The notes: generated from the letters alone by a model not told the origin. A stretch of DNA of 64,000 nt from an uncultured Pelagibacteraceae bacterium (GCA_902617525.1 CACMWW010000006.1:3941-67940), one strand, 5' to 3'. Shown: positions 17,864-27,271, numbered from the stretch's first letter. Program-made: numbers and translations.

Positions 17864-19342
17864 ATGAGCGATCTTTTTATTATTCTAGGAAATCAGCTTT
17901 TTGATCCAAAACATCTAAGTAAATATAAAAAGAATAAGATATTCATGTGTGAGGATCTTGGTCTGTGTTCGTATGAAAAACATCATAAGTTAAAAATTCT
18001 TCAGTTTCTCTCCTCTATGAGAAGTTACCGAGATTTATTAATAAAGAAAGGTTTTTCAGTTGACTATTATGACTGTCAAAACAATTTTGAAAAAAAGTAT
18101 GAAGATAAATTAGAAAAATCTATAAAAAAACATAAAATAAATAAAGTAAGCCACTTTGAAATTGAAGACACGCCATTCGAAAAACGTATTAAAAAATTTA
18201 TTATTCAAAAAAATCTTGAGTATAACGTAATACAAACACCTATGTTCCTTAATTCACGTGATGATTTTAAAAAATATCTGTCAAAACAAAAAAAGCCTTT
18301 CATGGCAACTTATTATAAAGAAAGTAGATTAAAATTTGACTTACTAATTGAAAACGGAAAACCTGTCGGCGGCAAATGGAGCTTTGATAAAGATAATAGA
18401 AAAAAACTCCCACAAGACCTAAAACTTCCAAAACAACCTAAATCAAGTGAAACCAAACACACAAGACATTTAAAAAACTTCATAGAAGAAAAATTTAAAA
18501 AACACCCTGGTAGTACAAATAACTTTTGGCTACCAACAACACATAAAGATGCGTCAGATTGGCTGGACGATTTCATTAAAAATAAACTGAATTTATTTGG
18601 AGACTACGAAGACGCAGTAAGTCAAAGAGATAATATCCTGTTTCATAGCGCATTAAGCCCGCTTATTAATATAGGATTGATTACACCCCAAGAAATAATT
18701 AATAGATTAAAAAAATATAAAGGAAAGATAAGTATAAATTCACTTGAGGGATACATTAGACAAGTTATTGGATGGCGAGAATTTATGAGAGGTATTTATC
18801 ATAACTACTCGCCTAAAATGGAATCATCTAATTTTTTTAATCATAAAAGAAAACTCAAAAATGATTGGTATACTGCTGAAACAGGTATACCCCCTTTAGA
18901 TCATTCAATTAAAAATGCTCTTAATTTTGGTTGGACGCATCATATTGAACGGCTAATGATACTGTCTAGTTTAATGAACTTGTGTGAAATACACCCAAAA
19001 TATGTCTATAAATGGTTTATGGAAATGTTTGCTGATTCCTCTGAATGGGTGATGGTGCCAAATGTCTATGGGATGGGACTATTTAGTGATGGAGGCATCT
19101 TCGCAACCAAACCATATATTTGTGGTTCAAGCTATTATTTGAAAATGATGGACTTCAAAAAAGGAGAGTGGTGTGAGACTGTTGATGGTTTATATTGGAG
19201 ATTTATAAATAAAAATAGAAAGTTCTTCAGTAGCAACCCAAGACTAAATATGATGGTAAATGTATTTGATAAAATGAAACAGGATCGAAAGAGAAGAATA
19301 CTACAGAAGGCAGAAATTTTTATCAGAGAGCATACAAGCTAA
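17864..19342 (+). CDS. cryptochrome/photolyase-family protein, prokaryotic (6-4) photolyase-like (COG3046 / FeS-BCP group)
   Basis: 492 aa. The N-terminus MSDLFIILGNQLF..CEDLGLCSYEKHHKLKILQFLSSMRSY resembles PhrB/CryB-type proteins. FAD-domain segments GWREFMRGIY and GWTHHIERLM are present. Confidence 0.75.
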   Translation: MSDLFIILGNQLFDPKHLSKYKKNKIFMCEDLGLCSYEKHHKLKILQFLSSMRSYRDLLIKKGFSVDYYDCQNNFEKKYEDKLEKSIKKHKINKVSHFEIEDTPFEKRIKKFIIQKNLEYNVIQTPMFLNSRDDFKKYLSKQKKPFMATYYKESRLKFDLLIENGKPVGGKWSFDKDNRKKLPQDLKLPKQPKSSETKHTRHLKNFIEEKFKKHPGSTNNFWLPTTHKDASDWLDDFIKNKLNLFGDYEDAVSQRDNILFHSALSPLINIGLITPQEIINRLKKYKGKISINSLEGYIRQVIGWREFMRGIYHNYSPKMESSNFFNHKRKLKNDWYTAETGIPPLDHSIKNALNFGWTHHIERLMILSSLMNLCEIHPKYVYKWFMEMFADSSEWVMVPNVYGMGLFSDGGIFATKPYICGSSYYLKMMDFKKGEWCETVDGLYWRFINKNRKFFSSNPRLNMMVNVFDKMKQDRKRRILQKAEIFIREHTS

Positions 19343-19352
19343 GCAAATTTAT

Positions 19353-19535
19353 TTACTCAATCGCATTATCTATATTCATAAGTATAGGTCTTCCATCATG
19401 AGCTGTACTTAGAGGAATAATTTTTCCATCATACTGCGCGCACAAGGTTGGAGCACTTCTTTTCTGATTACCTAGATTGACCTCAAGATCAACTATAATT
19501 AGCTTTGCATCTTCAAATATTTTTAAAATTTTCAT
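19353..19535 (-). CDS. hypothetical 60-aa protein
   Basis: Preceded by an unusually strong SD for this genome (minus strand TAA-UAGGAGGACAAU-AUG). Starts 9 nt after the DUF4149 stop. I recognise no family. Confidence 0.55.
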   Translation of the reverse strand: MKILKIFEDAKLIIVDLEVNLGNQKRSAPTLCAQYDGKIIPLSTAHDGRPILMNIDNAIE

Positions 19536-19544
19536 ATTGTCCTC

Positions 19545-19958
19545 CTAATAAAAATATACAAATACAATAAAGATAGATCCAAAAAGCTGTGAAATAAATA
19601 AAACTACAGAGAAAAAATGAAGCATCTTAAATTTTTTTTCAGCCTCAACGATACCACCTTTAAATTTATCTCTATAAATATTGATTCTAGGAGTTAGATA
19701 AATGAGATTGATTAAAAAGAAAGCAGCGGAAACCAACGATATAATTAGAAAATCAATTATACTAATTACAAAAAAAACAGCACACGATAAAATAGTAATG
19801 ATTAACCCATAAATGAACATTCTGGGAAAAATAACTCGTAATAACTTGCCTGCCTCATCTTCATTTAAAATTGAAAATACAGATGGGGTTACAACAGACA
19901 TAAAAAAAATCATAAATCCAATAATTAAAGAATGTAGAAAAATTCCAAATTCCAACAT
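19545..19958 (-). CDS. DUF4149 (TMEM205-like) membrane protein
   Basis: Four predicted TM segments; ..VVTPSVFSILNEDEAGKLLRVIFPRMFIYG.. fits DUF4149. I prefer the internal Met (MLEFGIF..) at 19958 over the track start 20036, which would overlap the alternative-oxidase gene by 71 nt. Confidence 0.6.
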   Translation of the reverse strand: MLEFGIFLHSLIIGFMIFFMSVVTPSVFSILNEDEAGKLLRVIFPRMFIYGLIITILSCAVFFVISIIDFLIISLVSAAFFLINLIYLTPRINIYRDKFKGGIVEAEKKFKMLHFFSVVLFISQLFGSIFIVFVYFY

Positions 19959-19965
19959 TATAAAC

Positions 19966-20634
19966 TTATTTAGTATTATCTTTTGAGAGTATTTCCCTTG
20001 AATCTGTATAAGTCTCTTTATGGTCTTTTTGATCAATAAGTGTTACAAATTCATGGTTAACATCACGGTGACCCATCTCATCGTTTCTAACGGCAATGAT
20101 AACATCTTTTAATTTTGCAAACTGTGATAAACCCCAATAATCAATTGCTATCTGAGGTGCTTTAACGTTTTCAATATTTCCATTTTCAATTTCATCTAAA
20201 TATTCTGTGTAACTTATAATTGCTTGCTCCTCAAAATATCCCACAATCCTATGGCAGGTGCGAGGTGAAACTAAATACATCACAAAATAAAGATTAAAAA
20301 ATATTCCTTGCACCATTATCACTAAAAATCTCTCAAAAACTGATGGCTTTGCAATATTAATAAAAGTCATTAAATGCATTCTTTCGTTCTCAGCTTCATC
20401 TAAAAGTGTTTTGATCCAGCCTCTATCTTGCTCCATATTTCTAAGGCTTTTTAAGTGATTAAGCATGCCGGCGACCATTCCAGGGACAGCTGCTACAGTC
20501 TCTAATATAACCGCTCTGTGCCCGTAACGTTTTTTAAAAAAAAGATCAGCGAAAAGACGGAGGGCTTTTGTAAATAACAGAGCTATGCGGTCACTATTAT
20601 TTATTGGTTTATAGTGCTTAAACATTTCGTTCAT
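19966..20634 (-). CDS. aox: alternative oxidase (di-iron ubiquinol oxidase)
   Basis: 222 aa carrying the four AOX iron-binding helices: [46 protein letters not shown]. Confidence 0.88.
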   Translation of the reverse strand: MNEMFKHYKPINNSDRIALLFTKALRLFADLFFKKRYGHRAVILETVAAVPGMVAGMLNHLKSLRNMEQDRGWIKTLLDEAENERMHLMTFINIAKPSVFERFLVIMVQGIFFNLYFVMYLVSPRTCHRIVGYFEEQAIISYTEYLDEIENGNIENVKAPQIAIDYWGLSQFAKLKDVIIAVRNDEMGHRDVNHEFVTLIDQKDHKETYTDSREILSKDNTK

Positions 20635-20721
20635 ACTAAATAGATAATATTTATTTATAGAAATTAAATACTATAAAACGGATGTTTTAATGACATTTTG
20701 TCACAGATAAGACCATAAAAA

Positions 20722-20797
20722 TGGCGGTCCCTACGGGATTCGAACCCGTGATCTTCTGGATGAAAACCAGATATCCTAACCGCTAGACGAAGGGACC
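20722..20797 (-). tRNA. tRNA-Glu (TTC)
   Basis: Reverse complement GGTCCCTTCGTCTAGCGGTTAGGATATCTGGTTTTCATCCAGAAGATCACGGGTTCGAATCCCGTAGGGACCGCCA. Anticodon loop TTTTCAT. Confidence 0.93.
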
Positions 20798-20844
20798 TCG
20801 TATCTTATTTATATATCTAATAATCGGTCTAAATCAATAATTGA

Positions 20845-22626
20845 TTAACTATTTTGTGATGCGGAAATATCAATAATATGTATTTGAGGTATTTTTTTAC
20901 CCCCCCACTCATTGATCTTTATTTTGCCGAATAAGCAAACTGATGAACCCTTATTTTTTATTAATTCTTCTCCAAGCTGTGTTTTTGCACTTCTAAAAGC
21001 CATCGCTTCAATAAATTTTCCTCCATCAGATTTAATAAGACATTTAAAATGCTCCTCACCTATTTGATCAACGGTCGCGAGTATCACATTTTTAAAAATA
21101 AAAGATGGTTCAGGATTCTCTGACCCAAAAGGACCAATTTTTTCAATTTCCCTATGAACATCTAAATTGATTGCTGATGTGCTTAAAATGTCATCAGCAA
21201 ATAAAATTTTATTGTCTTGAGTATTTATTACTTTATTGGTCAATTGTTTTTCAAAAAATTTTTCTAATTCTTCTATCTTTTTAGATTCTATTGTTAATCC
21301 AGCTGCCATTGAGTGTCCTCCTCCTTTTTTAAGCAAATTACTTTGAACAGCAGAAATAACTAACTGTCCAAGATCGATGCCTTTTATTGAGCGTCCGGAA
21401 CCTTTAGCTTCGCCATTGTTGATCGAGAAAACAATGCTAGGCTTATTAAATTTATCTTTAAGTCGACTTGCAATAATACCAATTACCCCCTCATGCCATC
21501 CTTCGCCAGATACGATCAGTAGTTTATTTTTTAGTTTTTTATCATCAACTTGGGCGATAGCTTGCTCTAAAACATAACTTTCTATAGTACGTCTCTCAGA
21601 ATTAAATTTGTCTAAATCGTTTGAGATACTATCGATTTTACTTTTTTCACTTTCAGTTAATAAGTCTGTGCCAAAGTTTGAAAAACCTAATCTTCCGCCA
21701 GCGTTAATTCTTGGACCAATCTTGAAACCAAGATCATGAACACTTACTTTTGATTTTATATTTGATTTTTCAATCAATGAATTTAAACCTGGATTTAATC
21801 GTTTTTGTATCACGTCGATACCCTTTGAAACTAGAATTCGATTTAATCCTTTTAGTGGAACAGCATCGCAAACAGTTCCTAAAGCAACAAGATCTAACAA
21901 AGCAATAAGGTTTGGTTCTTTTAGGTTATTTTTTTTAAACCAATCTTCACGTCTTAATTTCCGGTTAAGCCCGATAATGAACATATAGGTTACACCAACT
22001 GCAGAAAGATAGTTTAATCCTGAATTATCGTCCATTCTGTTTGGATTTATAATTGCTGTTGCTTTTGGTAGTTTTATTTCTGGAATGTGATGATCTAAGA
22101 CAATTACATCCATACCTTGCTCTCTCGCATATTCAATCTCAGAAAAGGCCATTGTTCCGCAATCGACGGTAAAAATAATTTTTACATCTCTTTTTTTAAA
22201 ATTTGAAAAAGTATCTACACTGGGTCCATATCCTTCACTAAATCTATCGGGTATATGAAATTTTAGATTCACTGAAATTTGTTTAAAATAATTAATTAAA
22301 GTCGAAGTCGAGGTTGAGCCATCAACATCATAGTCACCAAATACTGCAATTCGTTCTTTATTAATTATTGCCTGATAAAGTCTCTCACAGGCTTTTTCCA
22401 TGTCTGCTAAAACGTATGGATCAGGTAAACTTTCTTTTAATGAGGGACTTATATAAGAAATAATGTCGTCTAAATTTACTTTTCTGATACTTAGTAATTT
22501 CGCTACTAGCGGACTTACTTCATAACTTTGCGAAATATATTCCGTATCTTTTTCGCTGTATTCTTTTAAAGACCATTTTTTATTTGTTAGAGAAAAAAAA
22601 TCTTCGTTGAAAGAATCTTTTCTCAT
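20845..22626 (-). CDS. recJ: single-stranded-DNA-specific exonuclease RecJ
   Basis: 593 aa. DHH motifs AVFGDYDVDGSTST, TVDCG, VIVLDHH and DHHA1 GGGHSMAAG. Confidence 0.9.
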   Translation of the reverse strand: MRKDSFNEDFFSLTNKKWSLKEYSEKDTEYISQSYEVSPLVAKLLSIRKVNLDDIISYISPSLKESLPDPYVLADMEKACERLYQAIINKERIAVFGDYDVDGSTSTSTLINYFKQISVNLKFHIPDRFSEGYGPSVDTFSNFKKRDVKIIFTVDCGTMAFSEIEYAREQGMDVIVLDHHIPEIKLPKATAIINPNRMDDNSGLNYLSAVGVTYMFIIGLNRKLRREDWFKKNNLKEPNLIALLDLVALGTVCDAVPLKGLNRILVSKGIDVIQKRLNPGLNSLIEKSNIKSKVSVHDLGFKIGPRINAGGRLGFSNFGTDLLTESEKSKIDSISNDLDKFNSERRTIESYVLEQAIAQVDDKKLKNKLLIVSGEGWHEGVIGIIASRLKDKFNKPSIVFSINNGEAKGSGRSIKGIDLGQLVISAVQSNLLKKGGGHSMAAGLTIESKKIEELEKFFEKQLTNKVINTQDNKILFADDILSTSAINLDVHREIEKIGPFGSENPEPSFIFKNVILATVDQIGEEHFKCLIKSDGGKFIEAMAFRSAKTQLGEELIKNKGSSVCLFGKIKINEWGGKKIPQIHIIDISASQNS

Positions 22627-22629
22627 AGT

Positions 22630-23580
22630 TCAATCTTTTTTGTGATAAGTCTCGATATACTGAGATGCGGCTTCGCCAGTTCTTAGAACTAGTGAATGGG
22701 TTATGTAGTGACTGTTGTCAGATCTTACTCCTCTAACCATAGTACCTTCTGTTACACCTGTAGCAGAAAAGATAATATCGCCGTGTGCAAGTTCATTAAG
22801 ATTATATTTTTTTTCTAGATCTTTAATACCAATCTTTTCAGCTCGTTTTTTTTCATCGTCATTATTGATTACAAGTCTAGTTTGCATTTGACCGCCAATG
22901 CATTGCAGTGCTGCAGCAGCTAAAACTCCTTCTGGAGCACCGCCGATGCCAAGGTAAATATCAACTGGATTATGTTCTTGTGTTGTCATAATTACTCCTG
23001 CTACATCGCCGTCAGGAATAAGAACAATTTTTGAGCCAATTGTTCTTAAAGACTCAATTATATCATCATGTCTAGGTCTTTCTAATACACAGGCAGTAAC
23101 TTCACTAATTTTAACTTTTTTAGCTTCCGCGATACTTTTTATGTTATCTTCGACAGCTGCATCAAGATCTATTACATCTTTTGGAAGACTACTGCCAACT
23201 GCAATCTTATTCATGTAAGTGTCTGGCGCATAGAGCAACCCTCCTTTTTGAGCTGCAGCTATTACAGATAATGAATTTGGCATGCCCTTTGCTGTTATAG
23301 TGGTTCCTTCTAAAGGATCTAACGCAATATCAACTTCGTGATTTTTGCCAGTTCCTACTTCCTCTCCAATATAAAGCATTGGCGCTTCATCTCTCTCACC
23401 TTCACCAATAACAATTCTGCCATCAAAATCAATTGCGTTTAAAGCTGTTCTCATTGCGTCTACAGCAACTTGATCTGCTGCTTTTTCGTCACCAAGACCT
23501 ATTAATTTAGACGATGCAATTGCAGCCTTTTCAGTTGCAGCTACAATTCCTGATGCATATTGAGTTGATATTACGGTCAT
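22630..23580 (-). CDS. glpX: class II fructose-1,6-bisphosphatase
   Basis: 316 aa, GlpX-like throughout (..VAVDAMR..IGEGERDEAPMLYIGE..DPLEGTT..GGAPEGV..). Confidence 0.9.
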   Translation of the reverse strand: MTVISTQYASGIVAATEKAAIASSKLIGLGDEKAADQVAVDAMRTALNAIDFDGRIVIGEGERDEAPMLYIGEEVGTGKNHEVDIALDPLEGTTITAKGMPNSLSVIAAAQKGGLLYAPDTYMNKIAVGSSLPKDVIDLDAAVEDNIKSIAEAKKVKISEVTACVLERPRHDDIIESLRTIGSKIVLIPDGDVAGVIMTTQEHNPVDIYLGIGGAPEGVLAAAALQCIGGQMQTRLVINNDDEKKRAEKIGIKDLEKKYNLNELAHGDIIFSATGVTEGTMVRGVRSDNSHYITHSLVLRTGEAASQYIETYHKKD

Positions 23581-24875
23581 AACGAATCTTCAATTCTGAT
23601 AAATTTAACAGATGAGCTTACTTCTGGTAATCTTTTTATCTGCTTAATGGATGATAAAAGCGAAGATTCTTTAACTGTGTGAGTTATCAAAATAATTTCA
23701 GCAAAATTTGAACTTTTCGATGGCTTTTGAATTATACTTTCAATCGAAATTTTTCTTTTTGATAGAGCTTTTGAAATTTTTGCCATTACCCCGGCTTTAT
23801 CTTTGGCTGTAATTCTCAAATAATATGGAAATAACAAATCATCAATTTTCTGGATTTTTAACTTCTTTTTCTTTCTCATTGATACGCCCAATGGATAATT
23901 ATAAGTACCTCTTATAATGTCCATAAGGTCTGACATAACAGAGGCTCCTGTTGGTCCAGCTCCAGCACCAGGGCCTTCAAAAATATTTTTTCCAATTACT
24001 GAGTCATTTACAACAACAGCATTAATCTCGTTACTCACTTTTGCAATATCTGATTTTAGTTTAACAAAACAAGGATGAACTCTTTGTTCGATCTTACTTA
24101 ATTTTTTAGAAGCTACTGATAACAATTTTATTGAGTAACCTAATTCTTTTGCAAAAACAAAATCATATTTATCAATCTTAGTAATACCTTCTATAAAAGT
24201 AGCCTTAAAATTTACAGGAATGTCAAAAGCAATACTTGATAACAATGTGATCTTATGAGCTGCATCAATACCCTGAATATCAAATGTTGGATCTAACTCA
24301 GCAAAACCTTTTTTTTGAGCATCATTTAATACATTTTTAAAATCTCCCGCATTATTTTCCATCTTTGTTAAAATGTAGTTACAAGTACCATTCAAAATAC
24401 CATAAATTTTGTTTATTTTATTAAGTCGCAAATTTTCTCTTACAGCTTTTACAATTGGTATACCGCCAGCAATAGCTGCTTCATAATTGAGACAAACATT
24501 ATTTTGTTCAGCAATTTTAGATAATTCATTTCCATGTACTGCAAGCAAAGCTTTATTAGCGGTAATTACATGTTTTTTATTTTGGAGTGCTTTTTTAACA
24601 ACTTTATATGCTATTCCCTTTGAGCCACCAATGAGCTCAATTAAAATATCTACATTGTCATTTGTTGCTAATGACATTGTATCAGTTGTTAACGGTAGAG
24701 ACTTAACTGAAAAACTTCTTTTTTTTCTTGAATTCTTAACAGCAATTTTAATTACATTTATATTTGCAGTTTTTTGAGAGTGTGTTTTAAAATTTCTTAA
24801 TTGTTTGAGAAATCCCGATCCAACTGTTCCAAGTCCTGCGATTCCAACACCATAAGTTTTACTCATCGATTTCAA
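23577..24875 (-). CDS. hom: homoserine dehydrogenase
   Basis: 432 aa. NAD fold GIAGLGTVGSG, catalytic-domain GILNGTCNYILT, C-terminal ACT domain. 4-nt overlap with glpX. Confidence 0.9.
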   Translation of the reverse strand: MKSMSKTYGVGIAGLGTVGSGFLKQLRNFKTHSQKTANINVIKIAVKNSRKKRSFSVKSLPLTTDTMSLATNDNVDILIELIGGSKGIAYKVVKKALQNKKHVITANKALLAVHGNELSKIAEQNNVCLNYEAAIAGGIPIVKAVRENLRLNKINKIYGILNGTCNYILTKMENNAGDFKNVLNDAQKKGFAELDPTFDIQGIDAAHKITLLSSIAFDIPVNFKATFIEGITKIDKYDFVFAKELGYSIKLLSVASKKLSKIEQRVHPCFVKLKSDIAKVSNEINAVVVNDSVIGKNIFEGPGAGAGPTGASVMSDLMDIIRGTYNYPLGVSMRKKKKLKIQKIDDLLFPYYLRITAKDKAGVMAKISKALSKRKISIESIIQKPSKSSNFAEIILITHTVKESSLLSSIKQIKRLPEVSSSVKFIRIEDSL

Positions 24876-25056
24876 CCTTTTCTGGTACGCTCTCTAAATC
24901 TGGTTTCTGAGCATTTTCTTGATCATCTAAAATTAATTCTGCAGCATTTGGGTTAATAAAAAACTCATAAAAAGAAAAATTTTTTGCTAATGAGCAGGCA
25001 TTGAAAGTAAATAAAAATAAAAATAAATTAAAAATAATTATAATTTTTTTTCTCAT
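24859..25056 (-). CDS. small putative lipoprotein
   Basis: 65 aa. Signal plus lipobox-like LFTFNAC, then an acidic tail. Fills the only gap between argC and hom, overlapping both (4 and 17 nt). No family recognised. Confidence 0.5.
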   Translation of the reverse strand: MRKKIIIIFNLFLFLFTFNACSLAKNFSFYEFFINPNAAELILDDQENAQKPDLESVPEKVEIDE

Positions 25057-26063
25057 TCTAGTCCCAACCTCTCATCATAATCATTCATAAGATTAAAATT
25101 TTGAACTGCTTGTCCAGCGGCTCCTTTTACCAAATTGTCTAAAACACTAACAATACATAATTTATTTTCTTTATATCCCTTTTTTAATCCAATGACTAAG
25201 TTATTGGTACCAACTACTTCCCTAGAGGAAGGAATTTCGTTCATTGGTAGCAATTGTATAAAATGCTCATCATTAAATCTTTTTTGTAATATATCGTAAA
25301 TATCATTTTCAGATACATCATTTGTGTCAATATATATGTTACTCAAAATACCTCTTTCAACAGGTAATATATTAGCCGCAAAGAAAACTTCAGTTTGAAT
25401 ATTTTTGATTTTACTTAGTTCTTGGTTTATTTCAGCTATATGTTTGTGATCACCAATACCATAGGTTCTGATATTTTCATTTACTTCCTTAATTAACTCT
25501 TTTTTTCCCTTTGTTTTACCTGCACCTGAGTAACCTGATTTTGAGTCAATAACGATATCGTCGGTTTTAATTGCATTTTGTTTTATCAATTCAATTAGTG
25601 GGATTAAGATACTAGTTGCATAGCAGCCAGGGTTTGCAATATGCTTACATTTTTTTATCTTATTTCTATTAAACTCTGTTAACCCATATTGGAATTCATC
25701 GTTTACCTCAAAGCTGCCGTGTTTAAAGCCATACCAGTTCTCATAATCATTTTTATCATCAAGTCTAAAATCAACTGAAAGGTCAATTATACTGACATCT
25801 AATTTCAATAGATCGCTTCTTTTGTGAAGATTTTCATTTGGCAAGCAATTAAATACATAATCAATGCTGCTAAAATTAATGTCTTCATAGCTTTTGTATT
25901 TGAGTGGTGTTTGTACACCAACGGAGTCATGGATTTGAACTGTCTCACCTGCAGACTTGTTTGCAGATAAAGCAACAATCTTAACATGGGGGTGGTTGAG
26001 GCAAATTTTGATTATTTCTTGTCCTACAAAACCACTAGCACCTAATATAGCTACGTTTTTCAT
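25053..26063 (-). CDS. argC: N-acetyl-gamma-glutamyl-phosphate reductase
   Basis: 336 aa. GASGFVGQE NAD motif and the catalytic Cys in ANPGCYATS. Confidence 0.9.
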   Translation of the reverse strand: MKNVAILGASGFVGQEIIKICLNHPHVKIVALSANKSAGETVQIHDSVGVQTPLKYKSYEDINFSSIDYVFNCLPNENLHKRSDLLKLDVSIIDLSVDFRLDDKNDYENWYGFKHGSFEVNDEFQYGLTEFNRNKIKKCKHIANPGCYATSILIPLIELIKQNAIKTDDIVIDSKSGYSGAGKTKGKKELIKEVNENIRTYGIGDHKHIAEINQELSKIKNIQTEVFFAANILPVERGILSNIYIDTNDVSENDIYDILQKRFNDEHFIQLLPMNEIPSSREVVGTNNLVIGLKKGYKENKLCIVSVLDNLVKGAAGQAVQNFNLMNDYDERLGLE

Positions 26064-26101
26064 AATTAATTTTTAATTTTAAAATAGAAGTTTGAAAAAA
26101 A

Positions 26102-26548
26102 TTATCTTTTTGAGAATTGGAAACGTCTACGCGCTTTACGTCTACCATATTTTTTTCTTTCAACAATTCGAGAGTCTCTCGTAAGTAAACCTTCAGTTTT
26201 AAGGATTGGTCTTAAGTTTGGATCTAGCAAAGTTAGAGCTTTTGAAATTCCATGTCTGACAGCACCTGCCTGACCAGACATTCCACCACCGCTAACAGTA
26301 ACTGTTGTGTCAACATTCATTTTTTTGTTCGTAAGTTCAAGAGGCTGATTAACTAACATGTTTAAAACAGGTCTTAAAAAGTATTTATTTACATCCTTAC
26401 CGTTTATTACAATTTTTCCAGATCCATCTTTAATCCATACTCTTGCTACAGCATTCTTTCTTTTGCCTGTTGCATAAGATCTGCCTAGATTATCTAATAC
26501 AGGTTTAACTAAATTTTCTTCAGTATTGTTATTAATAGTTTCGTTCAT
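26102..26548 (-). CDS. rpsI: 30S ribosomal protein S9
   Basis: 148 aa. [19 protein letters not shown] and the C-terminal [17 protein letters not shown]. Confidence 0.95.
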   Translation of the reverse strand: MNETINNNTEENLVKPVLDNLGRSYATGKRKNAVARVWIKDGSGKIVINGKDVNKYFLRPVLNMLVNQPLELTNKKMNVDTTVTVSGGGMSGQAGAVRHGISKALTLLDPNLRPILKTEGLLTRDSRIVERKKYGRRKARRRFQFSKR

Positions 26549-27013
26549 TTAAACTACATCCTGTATGTTATACGTTTTAGGATTTTGAGCCTCGTGTGGG
26601 TGCTTATCTCCTACATATACTTTCATATTAGATAGCTGCTTTCTTCCTAGTGGCCCTTTTGGAATCATTCTTTTAACAGCTAATCTGACAAGCCGGTCTG
26701 GAAATTTTCCCTCTAATATCTTTCTAGCGTTGATGCTCTTAATTCCTCCAGGATATCCAGTGTGTCTATAATATGTTTTGTCATCAAGTTTTTTGCCCGT
26801 AAGCTTAATTTTTTCGGCATTAATTATAACTACATTATCTCCACAATCCACGTGTGGAGTGTATGTTGGCTTATGCTTACCTCTTAAAATATTTGATACA
26901 TTTGTAGCTAGTCTGCCCAAGACTATGTCTTTTGCATCGATCAATAACCAGTCTTTCTTAATGTCCTCTTTTCTTAGAGACGCAGTTTGCTTTAGTATCT
27001 TAGATGTAGTCAT
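26549..27013 (-). CDS. rplM: 50S ribosomal protein L13
   Basis: [36 protein letters not shown].. fits the L13 N-terminus. I use the Met at 27013; the track's 21-aa extension (to 27076) looks spurious. Abuts rpsI. Confidence 0.92.
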   Translation of the reverse strand: MTTSKILKQTASLRKEDIKKDWLLIDAKDIVLGRLATNVSNILRGKHKPTYTPHVDCGDNVVIINAEKIKLTGKKLDDKTYYRHTGYPGGIKSINARKILEGKFPDRLVRLAVKRMIPKGPLGRKQLSNMKVYVGDKHPHEAQNPKTYNIQDVV

Positions 27014-27159
27014 GTTGTTGTTATTAGAGAATACAGTAAAATATGTCAACAGCATATATTTGTATAATAAATTCATATATTTAAATACTGGTATTATAAT
27101 ACTTTTTAAATTATTACGCTTTACATAACTCTTAGAGTGTTATTCAATATATTGTCGAG

Positions 27160-27228
27160 TTTAATACAGCTTGCGGACTTATACAGCTAAGCCACCAGCC
27201 GCACATAGTATTATGATGCGGTTTTTTT
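27160..27228 (+). promoter_or_regulatory. metY 5' leader: candidate SAM-responsive (SAM-II/SAM-V-like) element ending in a terminator-type hairpin
   Basis: Hairpin CCGCACAU-AGUAUU-AUG(A)UGCGG (27199-27221) followed by U7 (27222-27228). No plus-strand gene lies upstream for it to terminate. The upstream duplicated ACAGCU(U/A) boxes allow crossing pairings GCUU(27169-72):AAGC(27189-92) and GCGG(27173-76):CCGC(27199-202), i.e. a pseudoknot. The class assignment is not verified. Confidence 0.4.
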
Positions 27229-27271
27229 GTTTGCTGTGAAACTCGAAGAAAATATAAATAGAGGTAAAAAA

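Noticed and set aside
19959-20036. Long start of the DUF4149 gene, overlapping the alternative oxidase by 71 nt
   Set aside because: An in-frame Met at 19958 begins right at the first TM helix and removes the overlap. A 71-nt same-strand overlap would be out of character even for this genome.
27014-27076. 21-aa N-terminal extension of L13
   Set aside because: L13 proteins start close to the ..KKDWLLIDA.. segment. The Met at 27013 fits; the upstream residues are AT-rich open frame.
27199-27221. Palindromic CACATAGTATTATGATG as a possible dif/Xer recombination site
   Set aside because: It does not match the XerC/XerD half-site consensus. It is explained more simply as the stem-loop of a U-tailed hairpin in the metY leader.
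27227-27271. ORF-track TTG start for metY (15-aa N-terminal extension MFAVKLEENINRGKK)
   Set aside because: The TTG lies inside the U-run of the leader hairpin. The ATG at 27272 has an AGAGG SD and gives a canonical MetY N-terminus.
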